Assembly: GCA_002293725.1 (NCBI GenBank)
Contig: DBDU01000019.1
Coordinates: forward strand, 11,792-75,791
Length of the DNA stretch: 64,000 nt
Source: Patescibacteria group bacterium UBA924
GTDB taxonomy: Bacteria > Patescibacteriota > Microgenomatia > UBA1400 > PJMF01
Direction: 5' to 3'
Shown: positions 48,836 to 59,093 of the stretch, piece after piece
Layout of the letters: every line of letters begins with the position of its first letter
Position numbering within the stretch: position 1 is the first letter of the stretch
The notes under the pieces: model-generated
The model's database searches: none
What the model saw: the letters and a program-made list of their open reading frames with translations, nothing else
Told to the model about the DNA's origin: nothing
Position numbers and translations under genes: made by a program

Positions 48836-49950
48836 ATGGGTACGTAAGTAAACTCAACTGGGTTACTGACTCTGTCTTCAATCAGAACTTGAATATTGCC
48901 AGTTGGTGTCGTGTTTGGATCTACCACAAAAATAATCTCACTCTTACTCCATCGTAAGACTCGTTGTGGGAATATTCTACCGTTTTTATCGATTAACTGT
49001 ACTTTACTCGTCTCATACTGAGCTTCTCCAAAGTTCTGACCGTAGATTCTCACGCCTGTCCACATTTGAGCTTTATGATGACTAAGATCGAGAATATGGG
49101 GCATGGTACGTAGAGAAACAGTCAGTTGATTGAATAGTAGAATGCAAGCTAATAAGATTCCGGAAGTGGCTAGTGTTACGGTGTACGGAAAGAACTTGGC
49201 TGCTTTCCTGGCAACCAGCACTAAAATAACACCTACGACCGCACAGATAATAAGCAAGATACTATAGAAGTGTGTTGTTACTTCATTCCAAAATGGAACA
49301 GGAGTAAAAAAGTTTTTAAAGAAAGTAAACTGACTTCTTAACAGAAGTGAGAATGCAACTACGCCAGTAATTGAAGTAAGGATACTGAGCAAGACTGTAA
49401 TCTGTTCAAATACGTCAACAGTATTAGCAAGAAGCTGGTGACTAACTTGATAATCAGGGTGAGCAAATAACTTCTTCGCTCGTTCTAACTCTTTTGTGCT
49501 GAACTTCTTCGATCGCAAATGATACTTTAATGAAACGAAGAATAAGAAGAGTGTTTTATGAATATCCGTTAGTGTTTCATAAAGCAAGCTTTCCTCTTCC
49601 TCTAATTGACGACGGTAGTGAACAAGATTAAGAACAACTCCATAACCAAAAAAGAAAAAAGCTTGGATAGCAAATTTTTCTGCAAGTACAAATGCATCAG
49701 CCACACTACAAACAAAGGCAAAAATTAAAAATGCGGCCGAAATCCAGACAGCATCTTTTCGTCGTAGTTTATAAAGAGCCGCAAAAAGGAAAAAAATTGC
49801 GTACAGAATACCAATTCTTAGTGACGTATTAAGCGTCATAAAGAAAGTAACACTAATACTGACACCGACAGTAGCAATCAGGACAAAAGTTCTGAACACT
49901 TCAATTAATGTTAGGGTGTGCTGGAGGTTTTTCTTGAGACGCGCTTTCAT
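48832..49950 (-). CDS. Multi-TM protein with C-terminal IPT/TIG-like domain
   Basis: About 6 TMs, then P.I...V.IYGQNFG...WS.SEI.F.V...SNPV.F. Confidence 0.7.
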   Translation of the reverse strand: MKARLKKNLQHTLTLIEVFRTFVLIATVGVSISVTFFMTLNTSLRIGILYAIFFLFAALYKLRRKDAVWISAAFLIFAFVCSVADAFVLAEKFAIQAFFFFGYGVVLNLVHYRRQLEEEESLLYETLTDIHKTLFLFFVSLKYHLRSKKFSTKELERAKKLFAHPDYQVSHQLLANTVDVFEQITVLLSILTSITGVVAFSLLLRSQFTFFKNFFTPVPFWNEVTTHFYSILLIICAVVGVILVLVARKAAKFFPYTVTLATSGILLACILLFNQLTVSLRTMPHILDLSHHKAQMWTGVRIYGQNFGEAQYETSKVQLIDKNGRIFPQRVLRWSKSEIIFVVDPNTTPTGNIQVLIEDRVSNPVEFTYVPI

Positions 49951-52205
49951 TTCACTTTAGTTTTTCTCATCTGCTGTAAGCCGATAAGACACAAAACAAA
50001 AAATAATACCACTCCACTAGAAAATAACCCTAAGATAAAGAGTAACTGGGGAATAAATACAATCACATAATCTGTCCCGTCCGTGGAGTTAGGAAGTTGC
50101 CAACTATTCGCATATCCCATGAAACGGTCATGCGTCTGACCTGATTGATCATTCATGAACAAGAAAGGAACAAAACGAAGAGAGACAAATCCATTAAGTG
50201 GAGTACAGGTTTTTACTATACTGTTGCGATAGTTTTGTTGACCTATCCAAAAGTCGATTTGAATGTGTTGTGTTTCTACTGACTGTTCTTGACATGGTGG
50301 CTGAATAAAGCTGGGACGTTTAAAAACTTTCCAGTTTGGATCATATGAGTCAAGAAAAGCGATTGAAGACCCATCAGTGGTGTCCAGATTTTGTATGACA
50401 TAAATACTGTTGTTAACCTTTTGGTAGGTTAAGTCACGTCCAACAAACTGCCCAGTTTTGTACTGCTCTGGAACAGAGTATATCTCAAGCTGACCAAGAT
50501 CTTGTTTTGATGGCAAGAAAGATCCTAACATCGGTGTGAGCTTTTCTGGCAGGTAGGCGGGATCGAGGCGACCGTAGCTTAACGAGCTTTGAACATTGCG
50601 ATTGAGATCAAAGTCCTTACGATGCAAAATAGTTCCAATGTTGAAGTAACCTAGACTTTTGAGAAACTCGTTGGGGTTTTCCTCTTCTAGATAGGTATAT
50701 GCTTCCTCGATTGACGCAAATGCCTTTTCTTGCACCGACGGTCCGTATCCTTTGGTGTAACCTATACTTGATTGGTCAAGAAGTTGAGCCGTTAACCAGC
50801 CCCCTTCATATCCCCAATTGTAGTTATCGAACGGCGAGTGATTACGTGGCAGCAGCAGTACTCTATCTTGATGGTGTCGTTGGAGCTGAGTGAACTCTTG
50901 CCAGTATTCCGGAATGTTCACATAGTACTTTTGAGGAAAGATCGCTTGTGTGTAGTACGGTAAGCCAAGCACAAAAACGCTGATAGCTAGCAGCCCAATC
51001 AGCACTCTCTTGTAAGGTATCTTAATACTTTGGATGGCGAATGCTAGGAGTACACTCATACTAAGTACTGCCCACAGCGGAAACTTAATATCACTCGAAC
51101 GATAGAGGGCGAAAAGTGGAAGGTACTTTAGCAAAAAAGCATATACTTCTCCAAAAGGCGGAGCTGTCCCCTTACTCAAAAAAACGCCAATAAAGAAAAG
51201 TACAAAAAAGAAATCAATTTTGGCATGTTGTTGAACAAGGCGCTTACGAGCAAGTAAGGCTGTGGTGATTAACAGGACAAGGCCTAAGCCAATAAACTGT
51301 GACAGTGGTCGGTAGTACGGATAGTAGCTGTAGTACAACTGACCGACTTCATTCGCTTTATCGAACCAATAGTATTGATTAAATGTCAGTCCGCGAAGAA
51401 TTGGATTGACCAGGTAATTTGGGTGAGTAAAGTTTGTTTCATAGACGACTGCCCCACCAAAGGCTGATTGGTAGAACAACAGTAAGGGAATCAGCCAAAA
51501 TGCATTAGCCGTGAAGAGGGCCGCCATAATGCTTAGACCTTTTCCTGTCCATTCCTTATAACGTTCCGGATGAAGATAGAGAAGGTAAAGTAGGTACAAG
51601 AAGGGAAAAATAGCTACTAGGCCAAACAGACCCAAGTTTTGAGCAAGCGGGGTGGCAAAAAAAAGACAAAGACTTAGAAGAAACCAGTTGCGGAGTGTCG
51701 CCTTGGTATCAATAAACTTTAAAGAAAGTTTGGCAATCAACGGGAAAAACATGAAAGCGTATGAGTAGCTAGGTAACCAAGTAAACATCATTACCATGAA
51801 CGGATTACAGATGTAGAACAAGCTAGCAATGCTGTAGGTGTACGTATTTTGTTTTGGTAAGACGTACCGGAGTAAGTTGTAGCAGCCGAAGAAACTTAAA
51901 CTCAGAGTGGCTCCAATAAAGAGTTTTTGGGCAATAACCACCCCAAATACAGAAGAAAGTGCTGCCATCAAAAGATGGTAGTGAAAGGAGATAAAGTAGA
52001 TATTTGGTAGACCAAAACCATACTCATTATTCCAGAGTGACATGTTTTTAATAAAAAAGCTCAAAGGTTCGGGGTTAGTTAGCGTCTCGCCACCAAGGAT
52101 AAGCTGATTCTGAGACGCCAACGTAAAACCGACCACAAAGAGTGCAACGGAGATAAGCCACGGAACCATTCTAGTGAAGAGTCGTATAGGTTTTTTTGTG
52201 GGCAT
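49947..52205 (-). CDS. Large GT-C-like membrane protein (YfhO/DUF3367-like)
   Basis: About 12 TMs, SKG..PPFG..Y, YRS..KF, IPEYW, DSYDPNWK, GYANSW, C-terminal TM. Confidence 0.7.
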   Translation of the reverse strand: MPTKKPIRLFTRMVPWLISVALFVVGFTLASQNQLILGGETLTNPEPLSFFIKNMSLWNNEYGFGLPNIYFISFHYHLLMAALSSVFGVVIAQKLFIGATLSLSFFGCYNLLRYVLPKQNTYTYSIASLFYICNPFMVMMFTWLPSYSYAFMFFPLIAKLSLKFIDTKATLRNWFLLSLCLFFATPLAQNLGLFGLVAIFPFLYLLYLLYLHPERYKEWTGKGLSIMAALFTANAFWLIPLLLFYQSAFGGAVVYETNFTHPNYLVNPILRGLTFNQYYWFDKANEVGQLYYSYYPYYRPLSQFIGLGLVLLITTALLARKRLVQQHAKIDFFFVLFFIGVFLSKGTAPPFGEVYAFLLKYLPLFALYRSSDIKFPLWAVLSMSVLLAFAIQSIKIPYKRVLIGLLAISVFVLGLPYYTQAIFPQKYYVNIPEYWQEFTQLQRHHQDRVLLLPRNHSPFDNYNWGYEGGWLTAQLLDQSSIGYTKGYGPSVQEKAFASIEEAYTYLEEENPNEFLKSLGYFNIGTILHRKDFDLNRNVQSSLSYGRLDPAYLPEKLTPMLGSFLPSKQDLGQLEIYSVPEQYKTGQFVGRDLTYQKVNNSIYVIQNLDTTDGSSIAFLDSYDPNWKVFKRPSFIQPPCQEQSVETQHIQIDFWIGQQNYRNSIVKTCTPLNGFVSLRFVPFLFMNDQSGQTHDRFMGYANSWQLPNSTDGTDYVIVFIPQLLFILGLFSSGVVLFFVLCLIGLQQMRKTKVK

Positions 52206-52746
52206 TCTTTTCAAGGACAAACTGAACTTCCCAGGCTTTCAGGATACCAGAAAAGAGCCTCTCGTAGATACCAGGAAATTGATTTGCAAACCAATTAAAA
52301 AGACTATCTAAACCTGGAAGTAAGACAATCCTGAGTTTTCGTGATTTGAGAACAAGCCCATTCTGAAGATAGTAATCGAGATACTCAGGTTCAAATGCAT
52401 AGTAAGACCAAAAAGATTTATGGGTGAAGTGGTACGCGTAAGGGTTTGAGTAGTGTGGAACGATAATCGTAACTTCACCACCATCTTTGAGGACACGATT
52501 CACCTCATTGAGCATCTTAGCCGGGTCATTAACGTGTTCTAAAAAGTGAGACATGTAGACTTTATCCACAGTCCCATCGCTAAAAGGTAAGCCGTCTTTC
52601 TCTACATCGGCAACGATATCTACTCCCGGTTGAGCGATCAGATCAAGTCCTAAGTAACCCTCTTTCTTGTGAGGACCACAGCCGACATCAACATACAAGG
52701 GCGAAGGAAACTTTACTTTGGAAGAAGGTTTTTTCTTTTTAGTCAT
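52171..52746 (-). CDS. SAM-dependent methyltransferase (type 11)
   Basis: VDVGCG, HFLEH, RVLK.GG, VPH. Confidence 0.88.
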   Translation of the reverse strand: MTKKKKPSSKVKFPSPLYVDVGCGPHKKEGYLGLDLIAQPGVDIVADVEKDGLPFSDGTVDKVYMSHFLEHVNDPAKMLNEVNRVLKDGGEVTIIVPHYSNPYAYHFTHKSFWSYYAFEPEYLDYYLQNGLVLKSRKLRIVLLPGLDSLFNWFANQFPGIYERLFSGILKAWEVQFVLEKNAHKKTYTTLH

Positions 52747-53320
52747 GTCTTTTACTTTCCCAAACTTTCTTTTTGAGGTTGTACTGTTTGATCACTTGGG
52801 CAGGATTCCCAGCTACCACACTATAATTGGGGACGTCATGGGTGACAACACTGTTTGCGCCAACGACGCTTTGCTGACCAATAGTTACTCCTGGCATAAT
52901 TACACTGTTAATACCGATGAAAGAGCCCCGACCAATCTTGACTTTCCCTTTCGGTAGAAGTGGTTGCTCTTTAATGGGAGTGTTGGGATCTTGATAGTCG
53001 TGAATATGGTCACAGATGAACACTCTGTCTGAAAGCATGACATCGTCTTCAATTCTTACTTCGTCTAAGGCAGCCACGAAGAAGTGACTCCCAACTGCAA
53101 CATTCTTCCCTATTTTTAAGACAGGCTGCTGGTCGACGTTGGTTTGATGTCTAGTAAGGGCGAAGTAGGCACCCTCGGCAATGAAAGAGCTGTCTCCTAC
53201 TTGTAAGAGGTCAAAGTTCCATCCCTTAAAAGGAAACTTAATGACTGCTTTATTTCCTAAGTGAGGAAAAAAGAAGATCTTTTCTATTTGAGACAGGAGA
53301 CGAAGGATAAGTAACTTCAT
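52739..53320 (-). CDS. Hexapeptide-repeat acyltransferase
   Basis: LbH repeats, DH.HDY, VTHDVP..VVAGNPA; ATGA overlap with upstream gene. Confidence 0.88.
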   Translation of the reverse strand: MKLLILRLLSQIEKIFFFPHLGNKAVIKFPFKGWNFDLLQVGDSSFIAEGAYFALTRHQTNVDQQPVLKIGKNVAVGSHFFVAALDEVRIEDDVMLSDRVFICDHIHDYQDPNTPIKEQPLLPKGKVKIGRGSFIGINSVIMPGVTIGQQSVVGANSVVTHDVPNYSVVAGNPAQVIKQYNLKKKVWESKRHD

Positions 53321-54507
53321 AACGTTTTTTGGATAAAGCGAGCAAAGTCGGTCGCTTTTTGTGACCAACTCCAAAGTTGTTGCAGCTTCTGTTGTTCCTT
53401 CTTCGTAGGATGAACCGTCTGATAGTACTGTTCATCTGTGAGTAACTTTATAACACTCTGACTGTACTGTTTCATATCACCGGGTGCTACTTTGACGCAA
53501 CCGGTGGTGTAAAGTGTTTGAAACTCGGGAAGGTCATACATAACTACTGGTAATCCAGTACAGAGCGCTTCAGCGGCTACCATACCATTATTGTCATACA
53601 CCGTAGCATGTGTGAGAAGCTTACTCTGTAAGTAAATGCGATACTTCTCCACTCCATTGACGTATCCCATCCAGGTTAGGTTGTCTTGTATTCCGAGCTG
53701 TTCCGCTTTTTGATGCAGATACTGTTCGTATGCTGGATCACCATTTCCAATAACGGCTAGTTGGGCATTTGGTAAAATGGCAGTTACTTCTTTCCAGATA
53801 TCCAACAAACGACTTATTCCTTTTTGTTCGTGTAAACGGCTACAGAAAACGGCATCAAACTTTATCTTTGATTTTTGATCATGACGTTGGGCAACTCTGA
53901 CTTCCTCTACGTTCACCCCTCCATAAATGGCATGGAGCTGTTTTTGCTCTGACTGAGGAAAAAAGCGACGATCCGAATCATTTGTCAGTAAGCAAGCGTT
54001 AGCTCGTTGTCTAATTTTTGTAAAAAGAAACTTTTGGTAAAGGTAATACAAAATGTACTTAACGACAGGAAAACCATATTGATGTTGAAGATTACTTAGT
54101 GGTGATGGCACAAAAAGAAAGAAGCTAGCTAACCACTCAAAGTGAAAGCGTTCCTTGAGCTTCCACACAGGGATAACATCTGGTGCAAAATCGGTTGCAG
54201 TATAAAAGATATCGCTTGGTTGGAGAGGGTGTTGAGCAAAGTACTCTTCGTACATTCGACTCACATAGCGAACTTCTTCAAGATGGGTGCGTAATGAAAC
54301 TTTGAGATAAGGATAAGGAATTCCGATGATCTCTACCTTGGTTGCTGCCTCTAGATTCAGTTTAAAGGTTTCTGGTTCTGAAGTAAGAACAATAAAATCG
54401 AACTGATGGTATAGATTATTAATCAGCTCAAAAAGAATCTTCATGTGGCCACCCATTGTTCCAGGTGGTCCGAAGTAAATTGCTGAAACGAAAAAACGTC
54501 GTTTCAT
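53317..54507 (-). CDS. GT4 glycosyltransferase
   Basis: RLHEQKG, DNNGMVAAEAL..GLPVV; ATGA overlap. Confidence 0.85.
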   Translation of the reverse strand: MKRRFFVSAIYFGPPGTMGGHMKILFELINNLYHQFDFIVLTSEPETFKLNLEAATKVEIIGIPYPYLKVSLRTHLEEVRYVSRMYEEYFAQHPLQPSDIFYTATDFAPDVIPVWKLKERFHFEWLASFFLFVPSPLSNLQHQYGFPVVKYILYYLYQKFLFTKIRQRANACLLTNDSDRRFFPQSEQKQLHAIYGGVNVEEVRVAQRHDQKSKIKFDAVFCSRLHEQKGISRLLDIWKEVTAILPNAQLAVIGNGDPAYEQYLHQKAEQLGIQDNLTWMGYVNGVEKYRIYLQSKLLTHATVYDNNGMVAAEALCTGLPVVMYDLPEFQTLYTTGCVKVAPGDMKQYSQSVIKLLTDEQYYQTVHPTKKEQQKLQQLWSWSQKATDFARFIQKTL

Positions 54508-55106
54508 GTTTCCTGTTTTTGCAATGTGATGACGACCTCCATAGCACCACCTACCCAATAACACCAAATTCTCTCAAACAGAACCGGCGAACAGGCAATC
54601 AAAAAATTGAACAGACGAACAAATGGTTTGGCAAACCAGACGCACTGATTGGGATGAATATACTGAGCATATACGCCATCATTTGGATAAAGGCCGAAGT
54701 ACTTAATCTGTTTATTTAAAATCTTAAAAGCTACGGTGGTGTAGTAGTGATGATTATGACCAGGTTCCAGTGGATCAAAACTCGTATAGCCAAACGGACG
54801 AACATGAGTAATATCGGTGAATGCTCCCAAGCTGGAAAAGTGTGGCACACGCATGTACAACGTACCACCTGGTTTTAAAATGCGATGGAGCTCTTCAATC
54901 TTTCTAAGTGGTTCGTGCAGGTGCTCTAAAACGTGATACATGTGAATCTCGTCAATGCTGTTTTTAGCAAAAGGGTAAGGGACCTGGTCTAAGTCGTGTA
55001 CCACATCAACAAAGTCTGGGATAGCTACTCGATCCACCCCGATTGATCCAGGAATGCGGGTATTACCACAGCCGATGTTAAGAATTTTTTTTGGCTTTGT
55101 TTTCAT
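54504..55106 (-). CDS. SAM-dependent methyltransferase (type 11)
   Basis: LNIGCG, HVLEH, RILKPGG, VPHFS..D.TH. Confidence 0.88.
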   Translation of the reverse strand: MKTKPKKILNIGCGNTRIPGSIGVDRVAIPDFVDVVHDLDQVPYPFAKNSIDEIHMYHVLEHLHEPLRKIEELHRILKPGGTLYMRVPHFSSLGAFTDITHVRPFGYTSFDPLEPGHNHHYYTTVAFKILNKQIKYFGLYPNDGVYAQYIHPNQCVWFAKPFVRLFNFLIACSPVLFERIWCYWVGGAMEVVITLQKQET

Positions 55107-56160
55107 CTTTGTTATCCTTTCCAATCTCTTTCAGCAATGTTTTCACCCGATGATGATATGTGTGCTCATGCCGCACTCGTGCTTGACCTTTTTTAATAAT
55201 TTTTTCTCGTTCTTTAGGGTGCCGTACATAGTACTCTATTTTTTCAAACCAGTTTTGAGTATCACTAGCAACAACGATCTCTTCGCCAACGTTGAAGTAC
55301 CTTGCTAAACAGGCGACGTCATCGACAACTTCGAACCCCCCAGCTAAGGGAATCTTAAAGCTACGCTCGTTACAGTCTCCGCCATAGAATCGTTGATAGT
55401 CTTCATGAATGTTTACTGAGATGAGAGAGGAAGTGTAAATACTTGACTCGTCTGTCAGCTGCAACTTCGGTTTTTGTAACGAACGCAAGAAGGGTAAATT
55501 GAAGTACTGACCAACTCGTTGAACCCAGCCTAGGGCTTTGCTAGTAGCAGTCCAATCTTGACCATATAAGCGAACGTCATACATCTCCTGAAGCGGAAAA
55601 AGAAGCTCATCAAAGTAAGCTTTCTTTTGCGGCAAGTTAGTTCCTACATACGAAATTTGTGTGGCAAACTGTTTGTCGAAGCGAGGTTGAATAACGGTGG
55701 CATCAGCAGCTAGTGGCAAAGTAAAAAAGGTTGCTCCAGTTGTTTCCTGAAAACCACTCATTCGTGGATCGTCTTGTTCGACGACATGATAGAAAAAATC
55801 TCCTAGCAGGTCGTCTTGTAAAAGATCAAGTAAAACGCGATCGTTCTTCATGCTAGAAGCTTCATTAATACGAAACTTTGCCATCGGTGAGTTCCAAAAG
55901 TCAATCTTTGTGACCAAAGTCATCCCTTTGGCTCGGTATTTTTTAAGCAACTGGAAGTCCAAAAACTTACGATAATAAAAATGTGAAGAGGTTAAAAAAA
56001 TATCTGGTTGATGCTGATCTAGGAATGTTTCTAATTTATCGCCAGCGGTGAAAGGTAAAAAGACATGACCCAACTCAGTGAAGGCATGTTTAAAGCCATT
56101 ATAAACAGTTCGCTGGGCGTAGATGGTATCTAGACTAGGTTGATGATAGGCAACTTTCAT
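55078..56160 (-). CDS. CgeB/Glyco_trans_1_2-family glycosyltransferase
   Basis: PLAAD, N.H, NERSFKI..GGF, HTYHHR. Confidence 0.8.
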   Translation of the reverse strand: MKVAYHQPSLDTIYAQRTVYNGFKHAFTELGHVFLPFTAGDKLETFLDQHQPDIFLTSSHFYYRKFLDFQLLKKYRAKGMTLVTKIDFWNSPMAKFRINEASSMKNDRVLLDLLQDDLLGDFFYHVVEQDDPRMSGFQETTGATFFTLPLAADATVIQPRFDKQFATQISYVGTNLPQKKAYFDELLFPLQEMYDVRLYGQDWTATSKALGWVQRVGQYFNLPFLRSLQKPKLQLTDESSIYTSSLISVNIHEDYQRFYGGDCNERSFKIPLAGGFEVVDDVACLARYFNVGEEIVVASDTQNWFEKIEYYVRHPKEREKIIKKGQARVRHEHTYHHRVKTLLKEIGKDNKDENKAKKNS

Positions 56161-56163
56161 AGA

Positions 56164-56982
56164 TTACTTGGAGTTCCTCATCAGATTAAAAAGCTGCAGT
56201 CGCATTTTGGGTGGAATCAAGTAGAGCGTCAGTAGCTGCGCGAGATTGAAAAAAATATCACTTAGACTGACTGTATAGGCAGGGTGAGTATGGTACTTCC
56301 ATCGGGTTTTAAGCGTGATAATTTCCTGATGACGAGAAACACGGTGAGTTGCAGACTTGGGGTGAATTCGGTAACGTAGGACTACGTACTGCAAATTAGC
56401 AAACTGCCACTTTTGACCAATTCTAAAGCTCATATCTAAGTCTTCCACTGGCGAGAGTGTTTCGCCATAGGAACCAGCTTCTTTTAAACACTCCCGTCTA
56501 ATCATTGCTGCCGGTTGGGCAACCGGTGAGTATTTGAAGATTGTTCGGCGTAAAGCAGTGTCATCGGCTTGATACTTGCGGTAGCTAAGCGTTTCTTCAT
56601 CAGAGAAAAATTCAAGATAGCCACCCACGATTCCTACTTTGGGGTGTGAATCAAGATAACTTTTTTGATCTGCTAAGCGAGTAGCAACCGATAAATCGTC
56701 GGCATCTTGCCAAGCAATATACTTCCCTTTAGCAGCCTGCACTAATATGTTTCGTGAGGCTGCAATATTAAGATTTTGTTGATTCGATAAAATGCGGATT
56801 CTCTTTTCTTTTTTGGCCAACTTCCGCACTATTTCTAAGGTGTTGTCAGTACTGGCGTCATCTAAACAGATAATCTCGAAGTCTTGAAAAGACTGTTGAA
56901 GAATACTTTCTATTGAAGCCTCAATGTATTGAGCAGCGTTATATGCCGGCATCAGAACCGAGATGGTGGGCGAATTATGCAT
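56164..56982 (-). CDS. GT2 glycosyltransferase
   Basis: SVLMPAYN, DDASTD, QDADD, EDLD. Confidence 0.92.
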   Translation of the reverse strand: MHNSPTISVLMPAYNAAQYIEASIESILQQSFQDFEIICLDDASTDNTLEIVRKLAKKEKRIRILSNQQNLNIAASRNILVQAAKGKYIAWQDADDLSVATRLADQKSYLDSHPKVGIVGGYLEFFSDEETLSYRKYQADDTALRRTIFKYSPVAQPAAMIRRECLKEAGSYGETLSPVEDLDMSFRIGQKWQFANLQYVVLRYRIHPKSATHRVSRHQEIITLKTRWKYHTHPAYTVSLSDIFFNLAQLLTLYLIPPKMRLQLFNLMRNSK

Positions 56983-56984
56983 AA

Positions 56985-57806
56985 CTATGGTTTATTGACG
57001 AACATTTTTAAGACGTGGTCAAAGAGGCGTTCTTGTTGATAGTCGTCATCATAAAATTTTTTAATTCGTAAGCGATAGTAAACTGCTAAGGTGTCTTGCA
57101 ACATGTTAAGGATGCCATTCTCACCCCATAACTTGATAGTGGTATTACTCCAATCTAAGTTAACCTTCACAGGAGCGTCGTAGATTCGTTGATATCCTAA
57201 ATGGTGGGCTACAGCTAAGATCTCAATGTCGAAGGCAAACTTTTTGACAATTAAACGAGGTAAAACTTTAGCTAATACTTGTCTTTTGTATGCTTTCAGG
57301 CCCGTCTGAGTATCTCTGACCTGTAAGCCGAAAAGAGTTTTAACTAATAAGTAATATCCATAGGTCAAAATTTTTCTTTGAATAGGATACTCAACGATAG
57401 AAGCAGGATGGAGCTTACTACCGATAATAATGTCGGCGTTATACCACCGCATATGCTCTAGGAGCATCGTGATCCCAAGTGGGTCGATGTCCATTCCACC
57501 ATCGATGAACGTTACAATGTCCCCTTTTGCTTCTTTCATTCCGTAGCGAACAGCGTAACCCTTTCCCCTATTCTCTTCATAGCCAATAGCTTTCAACCTT
57601 TTATCTTTGATCTTTTTCACTTCTTGAAGTGAGTTATCTTGTTTACTGCCGTCCACTACAGCAAGTACCTCGAACTCGTATGGCGTAGCGGCGAGCGTTT
57701 GAAGAATATTCTGTAAATCTTTATGAATTGTTTTTTCTTGTTTAAAGATGGGAACGATTACAGACAAAAAAGGCGGTTCATATTGCGTAGTCTGTGCGAG
57801 TTTCAT
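56985..57806 (-). CDS. GT2, polyprenyl-phosphate sugar synthase (DPM1-like)
   Basis: VDGS, NRGKGYAVRYG, DTQTGLK, FAFDIEIL. Confidence 0.8.
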   Translation of the reverse strand: MKLAQTTQYEPPFLSVIVPIFKQEKTIHKDLQNILQTLAATPYEFEVLAVVDGSKQDNSLQEVKKIKDKRLKAIGYEENRGKGYAVRYGMKEAKGDIVTFIDGGMDIDPLGITMLLEHMRWYNADIIIGSKLHPASIVEYPIQRKILTYGYYLLVKTLFGLQVRDTQTGLKAYKRQVLAKVLPRLIVKKFAFDIEILAVAHHLGYQRIYDAPVKVNLDWSNTTIKLWGENGILNMLQDTLAVYYRLRIKKFYDDDYQQERLFDHVLKMFVNKP

Positions 57807-59089
57807 GATTCTTTTTTCTCAACAATCTGAAGGGCATATCGAACATACCAAACTGTGAATGCCATGTGAAGAGCAGTTGCAGCTACCCGACTCAGTGCGG
57901 CGGCCATCAGACCGTAACTGGCAAGGAAAAGCAGATTTCCCAAACAGATGACGACGACCTGCAAGATGCCTCCTATCGAAAAGTAGTTAGGATGATCAAC
58001 GGCATAAAAGAAAGAGATCAACGGTACGATTGCTAAAGAAAGGAAGGCATTAAAAACGAGAATGATCATCGGAATTAACCCAGAAGAAAACTCTGGTCCT
58101 AAAGTGAAGAGAAGTACATACTGAGCAAACGGCAGGAAACACAGAAAACCAGTCGCTGCCATTAAGACAATGAGCAACGACTTACGAAGATAAGAGTGAA
58201 GTAGCTGAGAGGTTTGATAACGTGCCACTCGATTATTGAGAACGCCGCCCACCGCCGAGCTAACAAAAGTAATAAACAAAGCAATTCGCATTGAGGCAGA
58301 GTAGATACCAGTCTCAAATGTACTTAAGTACTTTTGGACGAAAAGTACATCGATGTTGGCAATTAACGTAGCAGCAATCATTCCTACGGCTGCGTGACCC
58401 ACGTGCTTCTTTACTTCTGCTCGAAGCGTTTGGGAACCGCTATGAGGAAGTATAAAAAACCACTGCCCAAAGAAAGTAGCAACAATGAGTGCGGCTACCA
58501 ACGGGGCCGCATAGTAAAAGACAGAGATAGACGTAGCGGTGGCATAGCCGGTAATACCAAGCAGCACAAAAGTAACGACTTTCATTGCAGCTTGGAGGAC
58601 ATTCAGAACTCCAACCCACTGAAACTTGTGCATAGCTGAAAGCACCAAGAAAACGTATTCGTAAATTATCAAGCCAATACTTCCAATTAAGGCTAAAAAT
58701 AAAAGTGTGGGATAGGGATAGTTAAGAAGATCTTGGGCAAATGGAATAGTCAGGCCGATGAGAGAAATTCCCACAATCGTTAATAGCAACTTCCACTGCG
58801 AGATTTGGGCGAGAAACTCTTTTTGTTTTTGAGGATCGTCGTGTAATCGAGGGAGTTGCCGGGTAATAATCGTCGCCAGTCCCATATCGCCCACTTTTGA
58901 GACGATCATCATGATGGCAGTTCCTACCGAGAAGATTCCGAACTGAACAGGACCTAGAACTCGAGAAACATAGATGAGCGCAATTGCCGATAGAACGGCG
59001 GTAGTTGTGGAGCCGATCGTTAAGAGTGCCGACTGTCGAACTGCCTGTGAGCTGAGAAGAAGCGTGTATGCACGACGCAGTTGAGTCAT
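57803..59089 (-). CDS. wzx: Wzx-type flippase
   Basis: About 12 TMs, RVLGP.QFG, DMGL, NID...GIY. Confidence 0.85.
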   Translation of the reverse strand: MTQLRRAYTLLLSSQAVRQSALLTIGSTTTAVLSAIALIYVSRVLGPVQFGIFSVGTAIMMIVSKVGDMGLATIITRQLPRLHDDPQKQKEFLAQISQWKLLLTIVGISLIGLTIPFAQDLLNYPYPTLLFLALIGSIGLIIYEYVFLVLSAMHKFQWVGVLNVLQAAMKVVTFVLLGITGYATATSISVFYYAAPLVAALIVATFFGQWFFILPHSGSQTLRAEVKKHVGHAAVGMIAATLIANIDVLFVQKYLSTFETGIYSASMRIALFITFVSSAVGGVLNNRVARYQTSQLLHSYLRKSLLIVLMAATGFLCFLPFAQYVLLFTLGPEFSSGLIPMIILVFNAFLSLAIVPLISFFYAVDHPNYFSIGGILQVVVICLGNLLFLASYGLMAAALSRVAATALHMAFTVWYVRYALQIVEKKES

Positions 59090-59093
59090 AGGA

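Noticed and set aside
52562-52570. Perfect DnaA box TTATCCACA
   Set aside because: Single copy inside a CDS, compatible with chance
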